Below are positions 13,688 through 26,179 of a DNA stretch of 64,000 nucleotides, in pieces. The notes under the pieces are model-generated. The model saw nothing but the letters and a program-made list of their open reading frames with translations. It searched no databases and had not been told where the DNA came from. The first letter of the stretch is position 1; each line of letters opens with the position of its first letter. A program made the translations under genes and the position numbers. This DNA comes from Octopus sinensis (Eukaryota): NCBI RefSeq assembly GCF_006345805.1, contig NC_042999.1, forward strand, positions 58,776,001 to 58,840,000, in the 5' to 3' direction.

Positions 13688-13910
13688 AATTGCAGCGTGG
13701 AAGGTTTATAAGCCATTTAAGAAACACACAAAAACCGTTAGATTCACTTCAACATTTAAATCTAATTTGTCAAAATATTTTGGTCGCTTTGAGACCACGA
13801 TCTGTTCACTGACAAAAATATTTTGACAAATTAAATTTAAATGTTGAAGTGAATCTAACGGTTTTTGTGTGTTTCTTAAATGGCTTATAAACACCTTCCA
13901 CGCTGCAATT
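13688..13910. repeat. Near-perfect foldback (about 95-bp arms, about 30-nt loop)
   Basis: aattgcagcgtggaagg...tttgtcaaaatatttt at left; its reverse complement at 13814-13910. Confidence 0.95.
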
Positions 13911-14094
13911 ATTTGAGTAGTTATTAAACTTTGCCTAACTCGCAACGCTTAGCACCGTCTCTGTGTGGTCTTTATTTGTAGAATAGCTTCAACATGATGT
14001 TCGAATCCGCAAGTAGCAAGTTTTTTAAATTGCAGTTTCATGAGAGAGGTGTATAGCTGAAGAATCCGTGTTTACCTTCTACAATACGTAGCTA

Positions 14095-14660
14095 TTGGGT
14101 TGTCTGGAAAGTTCGTGCCGATTTATAGTAGCTTACCTTTCGACTTATTTTAGAACATGGTTGAGTCCATAAAATAGGATTTGACTACACCTCCATTTAG
14201 AGCACAATTTAAGCTATCTTTTTGTGGAAGAAGGTTTATGTTCCTATAACCTGTGTTAATTCTGTAACCCTTTAAAATGGAAGATAAGAAAGTTCATTTT
14301 CGGCACTTTGTACTTTGGGAACCAGACAAAAATTGCTGCAGCTCGGCTGGGATGTGTTACCCCACCCTCCATATTCACCAGATATTGCTCCTTCGGATTT
14401 CCACTTATTTAGGTCTCTGCAGAATAGCCTTAATGGTAAAAATTTCAATTCCTTGGATGACGTAAAAAGATACCTTGATGAATTCTTTGCCATGAAACCA
14501 CCTCAACTCTGGGAAGAAGGTATTTTCAAGTTAAATGGAAGATGGAGATGCATTGTGCAACAAAATGGTTCATATTTGGTTGATTAAAAATGTAATGGTA
14601 AGTATTTATTGACCTTTTTCTTTCCTTTAAAATTCGGCACGAACTTTCCGGACAACCCAA
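14095..14660 (+). mobile_element. Mariner family M1, internal-deletion derivative retaining the start and C-terminus
   Basis: Same TIRs as 3172-3745, TA flanks. MEDKKVHFRH is joined to LLQLGWDVLPHPPYSPDIAPSDFHLFRSL...RWRCIVQQNGSYL. Confidence 0.95.
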
Positions 14661-15229
14661 TATATTACCATGCTTTAGTTAGTTTACATGTTTATTAAAG
14701 GTTTTCTTATATACTGAAAGTAAAACTGCAAATCAGTTTAAGGTAGGGTTCCATCGAATAGTTTACTTGATCAGCTGTTGATGGAAAAGATACTGATTTT
14801 AATAAATGCTAGGATGTTTTTAGAAACGTTAAACTTAACGTTTATTTCAAAAGATGTTCAACAGTAGATTATGCAATATCAATTAGTATTATCAGATGGC
14901 AAGATGCAGTTGTATGTAACCTTATCTTCGAATCCACTAACTTCTAATGTTAAACTAAAGACAGATATCTCCTTATCAACGATCATTTTATTCCTTAAAG
15001 ATACTATGGTAATTAAAAACTATATAGCATCCTGTGTAGCGAAAACATATTGGATCTCAGTGGAATTGTACAAATTGAAACAAATGAAATCGCAGTACTC
15101 GTAGCACAATTAGAATCACATTTAAAATGTGGATGTGGACAGTTAAAAAGAAGAAAACAAAAGAGATCTGTTTCTCGTCCGGATAGTGTTGGATTCAAGT
15201 AATTATTCAAAGATATTAACTGCGTCTGT

Positions 15230-15539
15230 GGAGGCACATGGCCTAGGGGTAGGAGCGGACTCGCGGTCGTGGAATTGCGGGTTCGAACCTCAAACCGGGT
15301 GATGTGTGTCTTTATGAGCGGAAACACCTAAATTCCACGCGGCTCCGACAGAAGGTAATGGCGAACTTCTGCTGACTCTTTCGATACAACTTTCTTTGAC
15401 TCTTTCCTCCTGCATCTTGCAGCTCACCTGCGACGGACCGGCGTCCCGTCCAGGTGAGGAACCTATACGCCAAGGAAACCGGGAAACCGGCCCTTATGAG
15501 CCAGGCGTGGCTCGAGAAGGAACAAACAACAACAACAAC
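15230..15539 (+). mobile_element. tRNA-derived SINE (head A + tail T1) with (AAC)n end
   Basis: A/B-box-like head ggaggcacatggcctaggggtagg...gggttcgaacc; tail ctgcgacggaccggcgtcccgtccagg...ggaaaccgggaaaccgg, also seen at 61575-61675. Confidence 0.8.
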
Positions 15540-15712
15540 TGCGTCTAATCTTCGTATTACAAATAAGAAAAGAGAAGGGAAGAAAGAAAAAAGCTTTAGT
15601 TTTTGGTTCAAAGAAACACTTTTATTACAATGCAAAGAATACTACTTTCATCTCTCGACCACCGTGCTGCCTGTTCCTTTTAAGTACAACAGACGAATAT
15701 GTATCATGTCAA

Positions 15713-15766
<54 letters not shown>

Positions 15767-15767
<1 letters not shown>

Positions 15768-15970
15768 TTTGCCACAAGGGCAGCAATTTTGGGGAAGGAA
15801 TGTATTTGATTACATCGACTCCTGTGTTCAACTGGTACTTAATTTATCGACCACGAAAGGATGAAAGGCACAGTCGACCTTGGCGGAATATGAACTCAGA
15901 GCATAGCAGCAGATGAAATGCCGCAAAGCATTTCGCCTAGCATGCTAACGATTCTGCCAGTTCGATGCCC
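15767..15970 (-). mobile_element. SINE family S2
   Basis: Reverse complement of the S2 body seen at 33103 and 60955. Confidence 0.85.
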
Positions 15971-16047
15971 TACATAATAATAACAAGAACAACAACAACA
16001 ACAACAACAATAATAATAATAATAGTGAATAAAGTGCTCTGTTGTTA

Positions 16048-16180
16048 AAGGTTTGCCTCCTTGGCACGGCCAGAATCATCAAAAAAAGTATTAAATACTT
16101 CAAAGCGCAAATAAATTGGTGCCGCAGGTAGCAAGCCCACTACTCCCGCAAGATTCTAGGATTCCAGCAAGAACAACAGC
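16048..16180 (+). mobile_element. Extreme 3' end of an R4/Dong-like LINE
   Basis: KVCLLGTARIIKKVLNTSKRK* followed by a short UTR and an (AAC/AGC)n tail; preceded by (TAA)n. Confidence 0.7.
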
Positions 16181-16299
16181 AGCAGTAGCAACAACAACAA
16201 CAACAACAACAGTAGAAGCAGTAACAACAGCAACAATAATAACAATAATATTAATAACAACAACAACAACAATAATAATAATAATAATATCCGAAAATT

Positions 16300-17637
16300 A
16301 TTGGCGATAAATAGAAGCAACAACTTAAGACAGATGTGAAAAGACTTTACTTGTCCAGAAAAGCGGGTAGCCGTGGATTCTTATAACTGGAATTGAGACT
16401 GGTAATTTCCAGAATTGGCCTGAATATCTGAAAACTTCTGATCAGTGGATGCTGAAACACGAAAATAAGTAAACCTCATTTTCAATAACAAATGAGGCAA
16501 GGAAATATTTCAGTGAATTCCGAAGAGAGCAAGTCTCAGAATTAGATGAACTGGGAACAAGTACAGAAAAAGCTAAACGTATGAAAACCTTTGCTAAGAA
16601 TGCTGCCTTTAATATTTTCACAAACGAATGCACTCAGTGGCAAACACCCAAAAGAGCTAAGAACGATGATTCTGACAGAGCTCTTTAACCATCAATGATT
16701 AGCGTCATGTAGTTTAAAATCAGAGACAAAAGGGTGTATCAAAGCAGCCCCGGCTCATTGCCTACTTATAAGAAGCTACAAGGCCTACATCTCAAAGAAC
16801 GGCAGTAGCCCAATATACCGTGTATATAAACAACAAATCGAAACCATCGATCGTTTTGTCTCTATGTGCAGTTATCTTACGTCATCAGAGTATCTCAACA
16901 GCCATAACAGAGTGGCACACTATATCCACTGGGTAATTTGCAAGAATTTGGACCTAATTCATGCTAAAAACTGATGGGAACATGAACTACCTCCATTGCT
17001 TGAACATGATCATATCCCACTCCTATGGAACTTTTCTGTTTAAACTGATAAAAAAAGATGGATTCAAATAGACCAGACATATTGGAGAAGGATTTCAGAC
17101 AAAACTCATGTCTCCTCATTGATATGACTGTCCTAAATGATATATTTCTCAAGAGCGACCATTAGCTGAGCAATTATATAGATCTTGAAATTGAAATTCG
17201 AAAAATGTGGATATTCAAGACTGGAACAAAACCAGTTGGCATAGATTCCCAAGGAATGATAGCAAAAGCGGCTGATTGTTACTAATCTCAGATTCCAGGA
17301 AATGCAAAAAGAGAAGAAATTAAAAAATAGTACTTATGGAACTACAAAAATTTCGTCCACGTAATTCTAAAAACATTATCAAAAGTACTTTTAAAGGTAC
17401 ACAATAGCAAGCACATTTTACTGTCGTCTAAAATTACTTTTAAAATTAACTTTTAATTTCCTGATACAGGCATTTCTACAACGATGCTACTTTGTACAAA
17501 TCCAAAACCATTGCAGTTATCAACCACCCTAGCCATAACACTAACTTGAACATCTAACATGTCTCTCGAAGTTTCTGGGGGAGAATTGGGGTCAGCTTGT
17601 ATAAACACAAAGCAAAATCCAAACATGATAACAATAA
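16300..17637 (+). mobile_element. R4/Dong-like LINE, 5'-truncated, degenerate
   Basis: RLYLSRKAG, SETKGCIKAA, EYLNSHNRVAHYIHWVICK, NRPDI...CLLIDM and DLEIEIRKMW motifs; probable 3' UTR ending in ataacaataat. Confidence 0.85.
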
Positions 17638-18785
17638 TGGTTTCTAATTTAGAGACAACGTCTGCAATTTTCAGGGGAGAGGTTTAATCGATTACATAAG
17701 CACAGTACTTGACTGGTACCTTTATTTCCCCGACTACGGATGGATGAAACGCAAATCTGACCTCTCTGGGATTTGAACTTAAGAGGTAAAGAACTGGAAT
17801 ATATGATGCAATGCATTTTTCCGACTTGTTAAGGATCCTATTAGGTCTACACCATGAGCATAATAATTAAAATGATTATCGCAGTAATTAGCATTTTCAA
17901 TAGTACCATAAAAGCCAAGGCTTCTAATAAAACCGAAATCCTACTTTAGGAATTGCTGCACCAAAATTTATGAGTGTATCTGCTGAGATTTTAAACAGAA
18001 GCTGCAAACCATTTTGACTAATATTTAGCAGGTTTCATCAACTGTTGTCGGACATTGGCCATGATATACAGTATAACATCTTTGTCTGAAGTTTAGCTAT
18101 CTGTTCATCACCATTAACAATTTATAGAATCTTTACTTGGAAAGGTGACAATTATTTCCTCATTCTCAACTCTTTATTACTCAGCAAAAGTTCAACATTT
18201 GCTGCTTCTTTCGGTTTTTAATTAAACTGGAAGACGTCCAAGAAATGACTTGGCATAGGGCCATATGATAAAGGTTAGAGTCCCAGAATACGATCTATGA
18301 GATGTTCCTATCTCAATATATGCGTGGAGGTTCCTTTTGTTCTGTGGCTCAGATGATCAGATCAAAACACAACATTCAATCGTGTTTGGCGCGTATCATC
18401 TAACTTTGTTTCGTGTATTTTCCATGCAAATAACGAAGTTTAACTTGAATTTCGCTTAAAGTCGTCATCATATATCAGCTTTATGATTTAGTTATCATGT
18501 GTATAGACCTTCATCTAGTTTTAATATAGTTTCCGATTACTGATCCATCGTTGTTCAGAAGTTCAATCTGGGGCTAAACAGCATCAACGGCAGTGGTAAC
18601 CACAAAACATTAAATAAGAATTGCGAAGATGTATTACCAGGTAAGTGATTCGATCTGAGACCGTGCAATGGAATCATGTCAGTGACCAGTTTGTAGTTGG
18701 TGCGACGAAAATGTTGACTCCAAATAATAAATGTTTAAATGAAGTTAAGGCATTGTGTTTTTATGAATGACTAATACGTCTTTCG

Positions 18786-19117
18786 GGAAGTCGCGTGGCT
18801 TAGTGGTTATGCGCATTCGGCTCATGATCGTAAGGTTGTAAGTTCAATTCCCGGCGGTGTGTTGTGTCCTTGAGCAAGACACTTTATTTCTCGTTGCTCC
18901 AGTCCACTCAGCTGGCAAAAATGAATTGTACCTGTATTTCAAAGGGCCAGCCTTGTCACACTCTGTGTCACGCTGAATCTCCCCCGGGAACTACGATAAG
19001 GGTACACGTGTGACTGTGGAGCGCTCAGCCACTTGTGCTGCGTTAATTTCACGAGCAAGATGTTCCGTTGATCGTATCAGCTGGGACCCTCGTCGTCGCA
19101 ACCGACGGAGTGCTCCA
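18786..19117 (+). mobile_element. tRNA-derived SINE (head B + tail T2)
   Basis: Head gcgtggcttagtggtt...agttcaattccc; tail gtacctgtatttcaaagggccagccttgtcac...gacggagtgc shared with 25353-25730. Confidence 0.85.
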
Positions 19118-20095
19118 ATATGATTTTCACTCTGCCTTGCTGTAATTAAACGGGTAAATATATATTAACTTTTAACAGGTTTTGAAAACAGTCTTAGTAA
19201 CACCCGTTGAATTTCTTTTACGACGCTATGTAATTTTTTTCTATTTCTTGAATTTTCACTTTCCCACAAGTGTCACAACTCAATTTATCTCCAGTTAACA
19301 GTCATCATAAAAACAACAATAATCTCTACGAAAACATTGAAGGTGAAATGAGAATTTATAATGAACTGTTATATAATACGTGATTTAGTACCCATAAATA
19401 ATGATGATGTATTACAATAGCACATTTTCAGATTTGTAATTTTGTATAAATACACACGGATACACACACAGACACAAACATATATATTTGTATATCTGTG
19501 TGTTTATGCACTTGCATATGTATAACATATGTGTATGTGTTATTTGCGTTTAAGCGATCAAAATTGAGAATTATATACGTAGGTTAGAGAAAAAATGTTT
19601 ACGAAATAATATAGTCTGTTACTGGGAATATATAGTTATTTAAAATTTCATGTTCAGCCCGTATCAGTGAATTACCAGAGGGCGTTCTTGTTGGTTGTAA
19701 ACAGATCGCTTGATCATTGTTTGGCATTAACTAACCATGAAGTACAGTGTTATCATATATTATGAATAATGAGCTATACATACGCACACACATACATATA
19801 CGTGGATACACAATCTCTCACACACATTTGTATATAACTTGAACAGACAGAGTGTATGTCAGTTCGTCCTGAGGCTTGGCTTATGACAGAGATATCAAGC
19901 ATTGTTTTATCTAGTTCTAATTTTCTAAATATTTCATTATCTAAATTTCAAGCTTTCTCGCGTACAATCTTGTACAGCTATTCCACAATTCTTACCTAGC
20001 TAGCCACAATTCTTAGCTTATGGTGAAGTCTACTAGTTGTAATAAAACGAAAACATGTTCAAAGTTGTCTTCTGTACTTCCCGAAATGAAAAGGA

Positions 20096-20491
20096 GTCGC
20101 TGTGTGGTTCCAGGTACAGTCCTACTGCGTGGCAGCTTGGGCAAGTGTCTTCTACTATGGCCTCGGGCTGATCACAGCCTTGTGAGTGAATTTGGTAGAC
20201 GGAAACTGAAAGAAGCCTGTCATATATATGTATATGTGTATATATGTATGTATGTGTGTGTGTGTGTGTGTAGGTTTGTGTGTCTGTATTTGTCCCCCTA
20301 AAATCGCTTGACAACCGATGCTGGTGCTTGTACGTCCCACCGTAACTTAGCGGTTCGGCAAAAGAGACCGATAGAACAAGTACTAGGCTTACAAAGAATA
20401 AGTCCTGAGGTCGATTTGCTCGGCTAAAGGCGGTGCTCCAGCATGGCCGCAGTCAAATGACTGAAAAAAGTAAAAGAGTGAGTAAAAGAGT
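20096..20491 (+). mobile_element. SINE family S1
   Basis: Matches 53950-54358 over body and tail. Confidence 0.9.
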
Positions 20492-20849
20492 ACCCATCAC
20501 TAATACTGCCTTACCGAAGCGAATATATATAGCTTTTAACTAGCTACTTGATATTTATTGCATTAAATATGAAAATACTACTTTCACTATAATATTTTCA
20601 TGCAATTAACAGACCTGTATAATTGCCCTAATTAATTTTTGCTTTCCTTAAGAGTGCCTGACAGAGCAGCGATACAATTTGTTGCAGACAAATGTTCTGA
20701 CTCAATTTTGTCTTGCCATGTGGCCCAGTGACTTTACAATACTTACATTTACAGTCATATATTTGTATATATTCATGCTCTTTACTCATGTAAATTTACG
20801 TCAATACACAGAAAAGAGAGCATTACAGACAGTTTATATCAATAACATA

Positions 20850-21150
<301 letters not shown>

Positions 21151-21445
21151 GCGGTTTGCCTAGACTAAAATAAGCAATACATTTTGAGAAGCCTAATGTC
21201 TTTGTTTGATATACACTCGGGATATAACGTATTCTGATAATGTTTGATTAATATCTTTATCTGAGTAACAACAAAGTAAGATAAATTGCGAACTGAAAGG
21301 AACTACTAGAGAAAAATACACACACATACACAGGCACACACGTACACATACACACAGACACACACGCGCACACAATGTGCACACATACACGTACACACAC
21401 ATACATATATTTAGTAACTTGTTATAACTTAAATATATACCTATC

Positions 21446-21520
<75 letters not shown>

Positions 21521-21650
21521 GTCAGTCTGTCTGTTTGTCCATATGTCTGTCTATCTATCTGTCTATCTATTTATCTGTCCATCTATCTGTTTATCTATCC
21601 ATGTGCGTATATGAATATAATCACTACGTGAATGTGTACGTTATTCCTAA

Positions 21651-23269
21651 TCTCTCTCAATATAAAAGGCAGTTTGTCTATCTGTGTGCCTGTCTGTTTG
21701 TCTGTGTGTCTGTCAGGTTGTACCCTCACCCTGACCACGGCTTTCAACTGATTCTGATGAAACTTGACACAAACATAGCCCAATGTCATAATTCAAAACT
21801 AATTCAGCGAAAATTTTGAAAAGTTCCCCTAGTTCTGAAAATATCGATAAATTCGACATGGGGTCGAGAATCTACGCTTATCATGTGCAACACATTTTCC
21901 GTTGTAGTTTTAGCAACTTGAAATCGATTTCCACCAAACTCATGGTAAAGCTTAATGTTACCCTAAGAAACTTAATTCTGACGTTAGTTTTCCATGCAAT
22001 ACCTTACCATCAGAAGAAAATCGATAACATCATGCCATTTTGGGAAATCGCGTTCAAATTCAAGATGACATATTTTCGACAATATCTTTAACAAATTGGC
22101 AGGATTTTTTTTTGAAATTCACAGCGGACATCATGTCTGCTCCAAGGAGCTATATGGCCCTTTTGATTCCAATAGGATACGTTATTACTGGAAAAAATCG
22201 GTTAATTACATCATATGTGGCACACATAGCAAACCGATTTTTCTGCGATATTTTTTGAAAGTTCACATAGATTTTCCCTAGACCGATGTTGGACATCAAG
22301 TTTGCATTAAATGTCAAACTAACGACCTTTTGTCAATGCAGTTAACAAGTATTGGGAGAAATCGACAAAACCATATCAAACTGAGACCGACCATGTGAAC
22401 CCTACAAAACTGACTTTTGTTAAATAGTTGGCGGATTTCAGGCGATTTAGTCAATTTTTGCCGCTTTTATCATAAAGGTTACTAGAAATGACATATGTTT
22501 TCCTTTTGCTTCAAATCCGAGCAATGTTGGGCTGTAGATGCGTTTGTGGCTGTGTGCGCACGTGCGCGCGCGTCCTTGACACGATGATTGCAGCTCTTCC
22601 CATTGGCTCCCCAAACGCTGAACAATGCTCTCAATTAAACACCCTTTGGCCAATCACACGCACTGACACACTCAGTTCTGCGCGTATAGTTTGTGACTCC
22701 CACTTCTTCTTTCGGTTCACACCCGCTCGCTTCACACGTTGGCCTAATTCTGCTAATCGCTGCTGCAGCCGCAAGTTATTCGAATACTTTTTTTGTTTAA
22801 ACTTTCTTTATAACTATCACCCCAAACGTTTTACCTTAAATTTTTGACGTACCCTAAGGGTCCTCGGACGCTACTTGCAAACTTTTGGTTTATTATAAGT
22901 CGCTTTTGTCGTGTGCACCAAAAAACCTTTTCCTTTCGTTTGTTCAGTTTGGTCACTTCTCGCTTTTTCGTTGTTGTCACTCACACTGCTGCCCGCTTTT
23001 TTCCCGTTTTTGTACATTTTTATACATTTTGGGATACTTACCCCGCGTAACTAGGTTGGGTGTGCTAAACAAAACCAGAAAATGCACTTTGACTGTCATA
23101 GATTTTCTTCATGCATGCAAGGAAACGGTGCCTTGAATGCCTTAATGCCTTTTAGGACCATTTTACAAAATAACGGTTCAATGAGTACAAAAAAGGGTAA
23201 AAAGGTAAAGGGCATTGCTTATCGACAAAGTTTCTTACATACCCGGGCAATGCCGGGCTATGCTGCTAT
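21651..23269 (+). mobile_element. Non-autonomous Helitron, about 1.6 kb
   Basis: Starts A|TC followed by a (tgtc)n-like tract. Subterminal hairpin cccgggcaatgccggg (23242-57), then ends ctgctat|t (CTAG mutated to CTAT). Same terminal layout as 23673-24011. Confidence 0.7.
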
Positions 23270-23672
23270 TTACTATATATAACTGTTCGGTCATCTACAT
23301 ACATACATACATACAAACACACACCTACATACATACATACATACATACATACATACATACACACTGTCACACTTAATACACACACACACAAACGTATTTA
23401 TACAGATACATACACAACGCATATCACATATACGCACACATATATATGCATGAGATAGTAGAAAACTCGCGGTTCTGGACTAAAGAAGTATACTTATAAA
23501 AAAGAATGTATTTCTGTATTTTGTTTTATATGCGGAGGGCGCCACCTGGTTGAAATAATTCTGTTGCAAACGACGAGAGCGATGCCGTTGCGTCTTCCGT
23601 GCCGCACGCTCTCTCATCTTTGATTTCATTTCGAGAAACATGACAAAAAGGCATGAACAAAAGTAAGGATAA

Positions 23673-24011
23673 CTAGCAGTATCGCCCGGCGTTGCTCGGG
23701 TTTGTTTCGACCTTTTAGAATTGGAGTTTTTGAAAAGTAAAAATTTTGCATTATGTAGCTTGTTATTCTCTTTAAGTGAACATTTTCCTGGTTGAAATAC
23801 ACTGAAAAATGGCGACACAGCAGTCAAAAAGTCGTAAAAAATAGGGATTTTCATAGAAAAAAAAGCACTTTTTTGACGTAAATAATGGCCTTCTTCTATC
23901 ATACTCCCAATTTTGGTCAACTTGCACCGCAGGGTCTTGGAGGAGATAGTGTTAGTTGAAGGCTACCAAACCTGCCATACACAGACAACTTCAGCTTTAT
24001 ATGTATAGAGA
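23673..24011 (-). mobile_element. Non-autonomous Helitron, 339 bp
   Basis: On the minus strand begins A|TCTCTATACATATAAAG and ends cccgagcaacgccgggcgatactgCTAG|T: 5' TC, 3' CTAG, subterminal hairpin, A^T insertion site. Confidence 0.88.
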
Positions 24012-24019
24012 TTTGTTAT

Positions 24020-24400
24020 TTGCCAAATGCTCGGATGGGGTGACGAACATCGCAGTATTGCAATAAGTGTTCAGCATCATTGTGTAAACCACCTGGCAGT
24101 CTGCATCACTGATTCTATTCATGTGAGAAAGATGATGGGTTGTTTGGCAACGTTCCTCATAGAGAACTTCAGGAGATTTTTCCACATTTTTTTTTTTTGG
24201 TGCTTCTTTTTCATAGTAAGTGGTTACCCTCGCGTTTATTATCTTAAACCGCCACAACCCGGCACTGAAAATAGCATGATACAACTTTAAGAAGAAAAGG
24301 AAAATTGTGTTCAACCTAAGGAAAGTTTGCCAAAAAATGTAACGAAGCATTTCGTGAGTCTTGGTAAGAGATTTGTCGAGTTTCATTCAAACATTGCTGT
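24020..24400 (-). mobile_element. Old mariner transposase remnant
   Basis: ORF 23997-24386 contains KLDKSLTKTHEML and ISDADCQVVYTMMLN...AMFV, resembling the mariner KLGK...ETHEML and IS.GSCQ.IL...KFVP segments. No TIRs found. Confidence 0.45.
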
Positions 24401-24634
24401 TGGCAGCTTGCTCTAATTCCTCAACCCTCGTAAAAACTGCAGGAACCATTCCAATATGTTGTTACAAAATTTCGTGCAATAAATGAATACGAGAAAATAC
24501 CATAAAACCTATTTGTAGAGTATTTGTAGGCGCTTCAGTCGGACAGTACAACCGCAACTTAGTGCTACTTCCTAGTGTGTGCCTGTGTGTTTGTGTGAGC
24601 GGCCGCTCGCGCGTGTGTTGTATCTACTTATGCT

Positions 24635-24986
24635 TTGCTTGTATTTGTTTAGCCATTACACTGTGGTCAGGCAGGGACATCGCTTTGATCAATTAGTCAA
24701 ACAAATCAACTCTGGGATTTATTTTTTTAAAACCTAGTACGTATTTAACGCTCACATTTTCTTCGAACCGCTGTCTTACAGGGCATAAAACACATCAACG
24801 TCTGCTGCTGCGGTGGACAACGAACACAACACAAAGACACAGCATTTCAATTTCCGTCCACCAAAACTATTTAAAAGATTTTGGTCGGACCGGAGCCGTC
24901 GCAGGACACACTTGGCCAAGGTGTCATGCAGTGGGACTGAAACAAAGATCACGGGGTTGGGAAGCAAGCTTTTCAACCACACTGTC
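24635..24986 (-). mobile_element. SINE family S1, diverged
   Basis: Reverse complement has the S1 head (cagtcccactgcatgacaccttggccaagtgt) and tail remnants. Confidence 0.7.
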
Positions 24987-24989
24987 ATG

Positions 24990-25313
24990 ACATGGGAGAC
25001 CCTCTTCGGTCATAACTGACCATGGGATTGCACCTAGAAAGTGACCCTGAGAGGTACAACTCCGGGCAAGGTTGTTTATGGAAGGCCAGCAGTCGCCTAT
25101 GCATACCAGCCTCTCCTCTCCACACCACTGATATTATCCAATGGAAAGGCAAAGGCCGATACAGCTTGGCACCAGTGACATAGCAACTCATTTCTACAGC
25201 TTAGTTAAATGGAGCAACGCTCAAGAACACAACTCGCAGCCCGGTCCGGGAATCGAACTCACAAACTCACGATCGTAAGCTCGACGCTCTAATCACTAAG
25301 CCATGCACCTTCA
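24990..25313 (-). mobile_element. tRNA-derived SINE (head B + tail T3)
   Basis: Head like 18786; tail ccatgggattgcacctagaaag...gataccagcttggcacc also at 63830-64000. Confidence 0.8.
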
Positions 25314-25352
25314 CACTTCCATAACAATATACTTTATATTTAACTGATAGTA

Positions 25353-25730
25353 GAGGCGCAATGGCCCAGTGGTTAGGGCAGCGGACTCGCGGTCATAGGA
25401 TCGCGGTTTCGATTCCCAGACCGGGCGTTGTGAGTGTTTATTGAGCGAAAACACCTAAAAGCTCCATGCAGCTCCGGCAGGGGATGGTGGTGATCCCTGC
25501 TGTACTCTTTCACCACAACTTTCTCTCACTCTTACTTCCTGTTTCTGTTGTACCTGTATTTCAAGGGGCCGGCCTTGTCACTCTCTGTGTCACGCTGAAT
25601 ATCCCCGAGAACTACGTTAAGGGTGCACGTGTATGTGGAGTGCTCAGCCACTTACACGTTAATTTCACGAGCAGGCTGTTCCGTTGATTCGGATCAACCG
25701 GAATCCTCATCGTCGTAAGCGACGGAGTGC
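25353..25730 (+). mobile_element. tRNA-derived SINE (head A + tail T2) with 12-bp target-site duplication
   Basis: atttaactgata at 25338-49 and 25737-48; head shared with 15230, tail shared with 18786. Confidence 0.9.
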
Positions 25731-26118
25731 TTTCACATTTAACTGATATTATATACTTAGCTAATCTTAATCATTTATGTTAAAGCTAATTACTATTCAT
25801 AAACATGGTTTGCTCTGAGTTATGAACGTAAAAGAAATCCATTGTGATAGCGGACTGTCTTAAGTTATCTACTTCTGGTTAAGTAGTTGCTAAATCGTCT
25901 ACGATTCTCATAGGATATGGCAGGAGACGAGATTATTAAGCATATTCAGCAGAAACGCGATTATATTTGTTATTTCGGGAGTCAAATCGGCTGAATGTAA
26001 TGTCTATTGTGTGTAATACTTACTGGAATCGCACGACAATGGATCATTGTCTCATACTAATACCGCTAGATGCTATATGTTCTGTGTTAGGACGAGTTAT
26101 ATATATATATTATATATA

Positions 26119-26179
<61 letters not shown>

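Noticed and set aside
13770-13830. HHR-like geometry in the foldback loop (minus strand, palindromic AATATT)
   Set aside because: The junction reads agtgaacag rather than CUGANGA, and G12 is absent in this copy.
23031-23045. atacttacc resembling the U1 snRNA 5' end
   Set aside because: Only 9 nt match; the downstream U1 sequence and Sm site are absent.
25353-25430. tRNA-Arg-like sequence (also 15230, 18786, 49986)
   Set aside because: No complete cloverleaf or acceptor stem; continues into SINE body, and 25353 has a target-site duplication.
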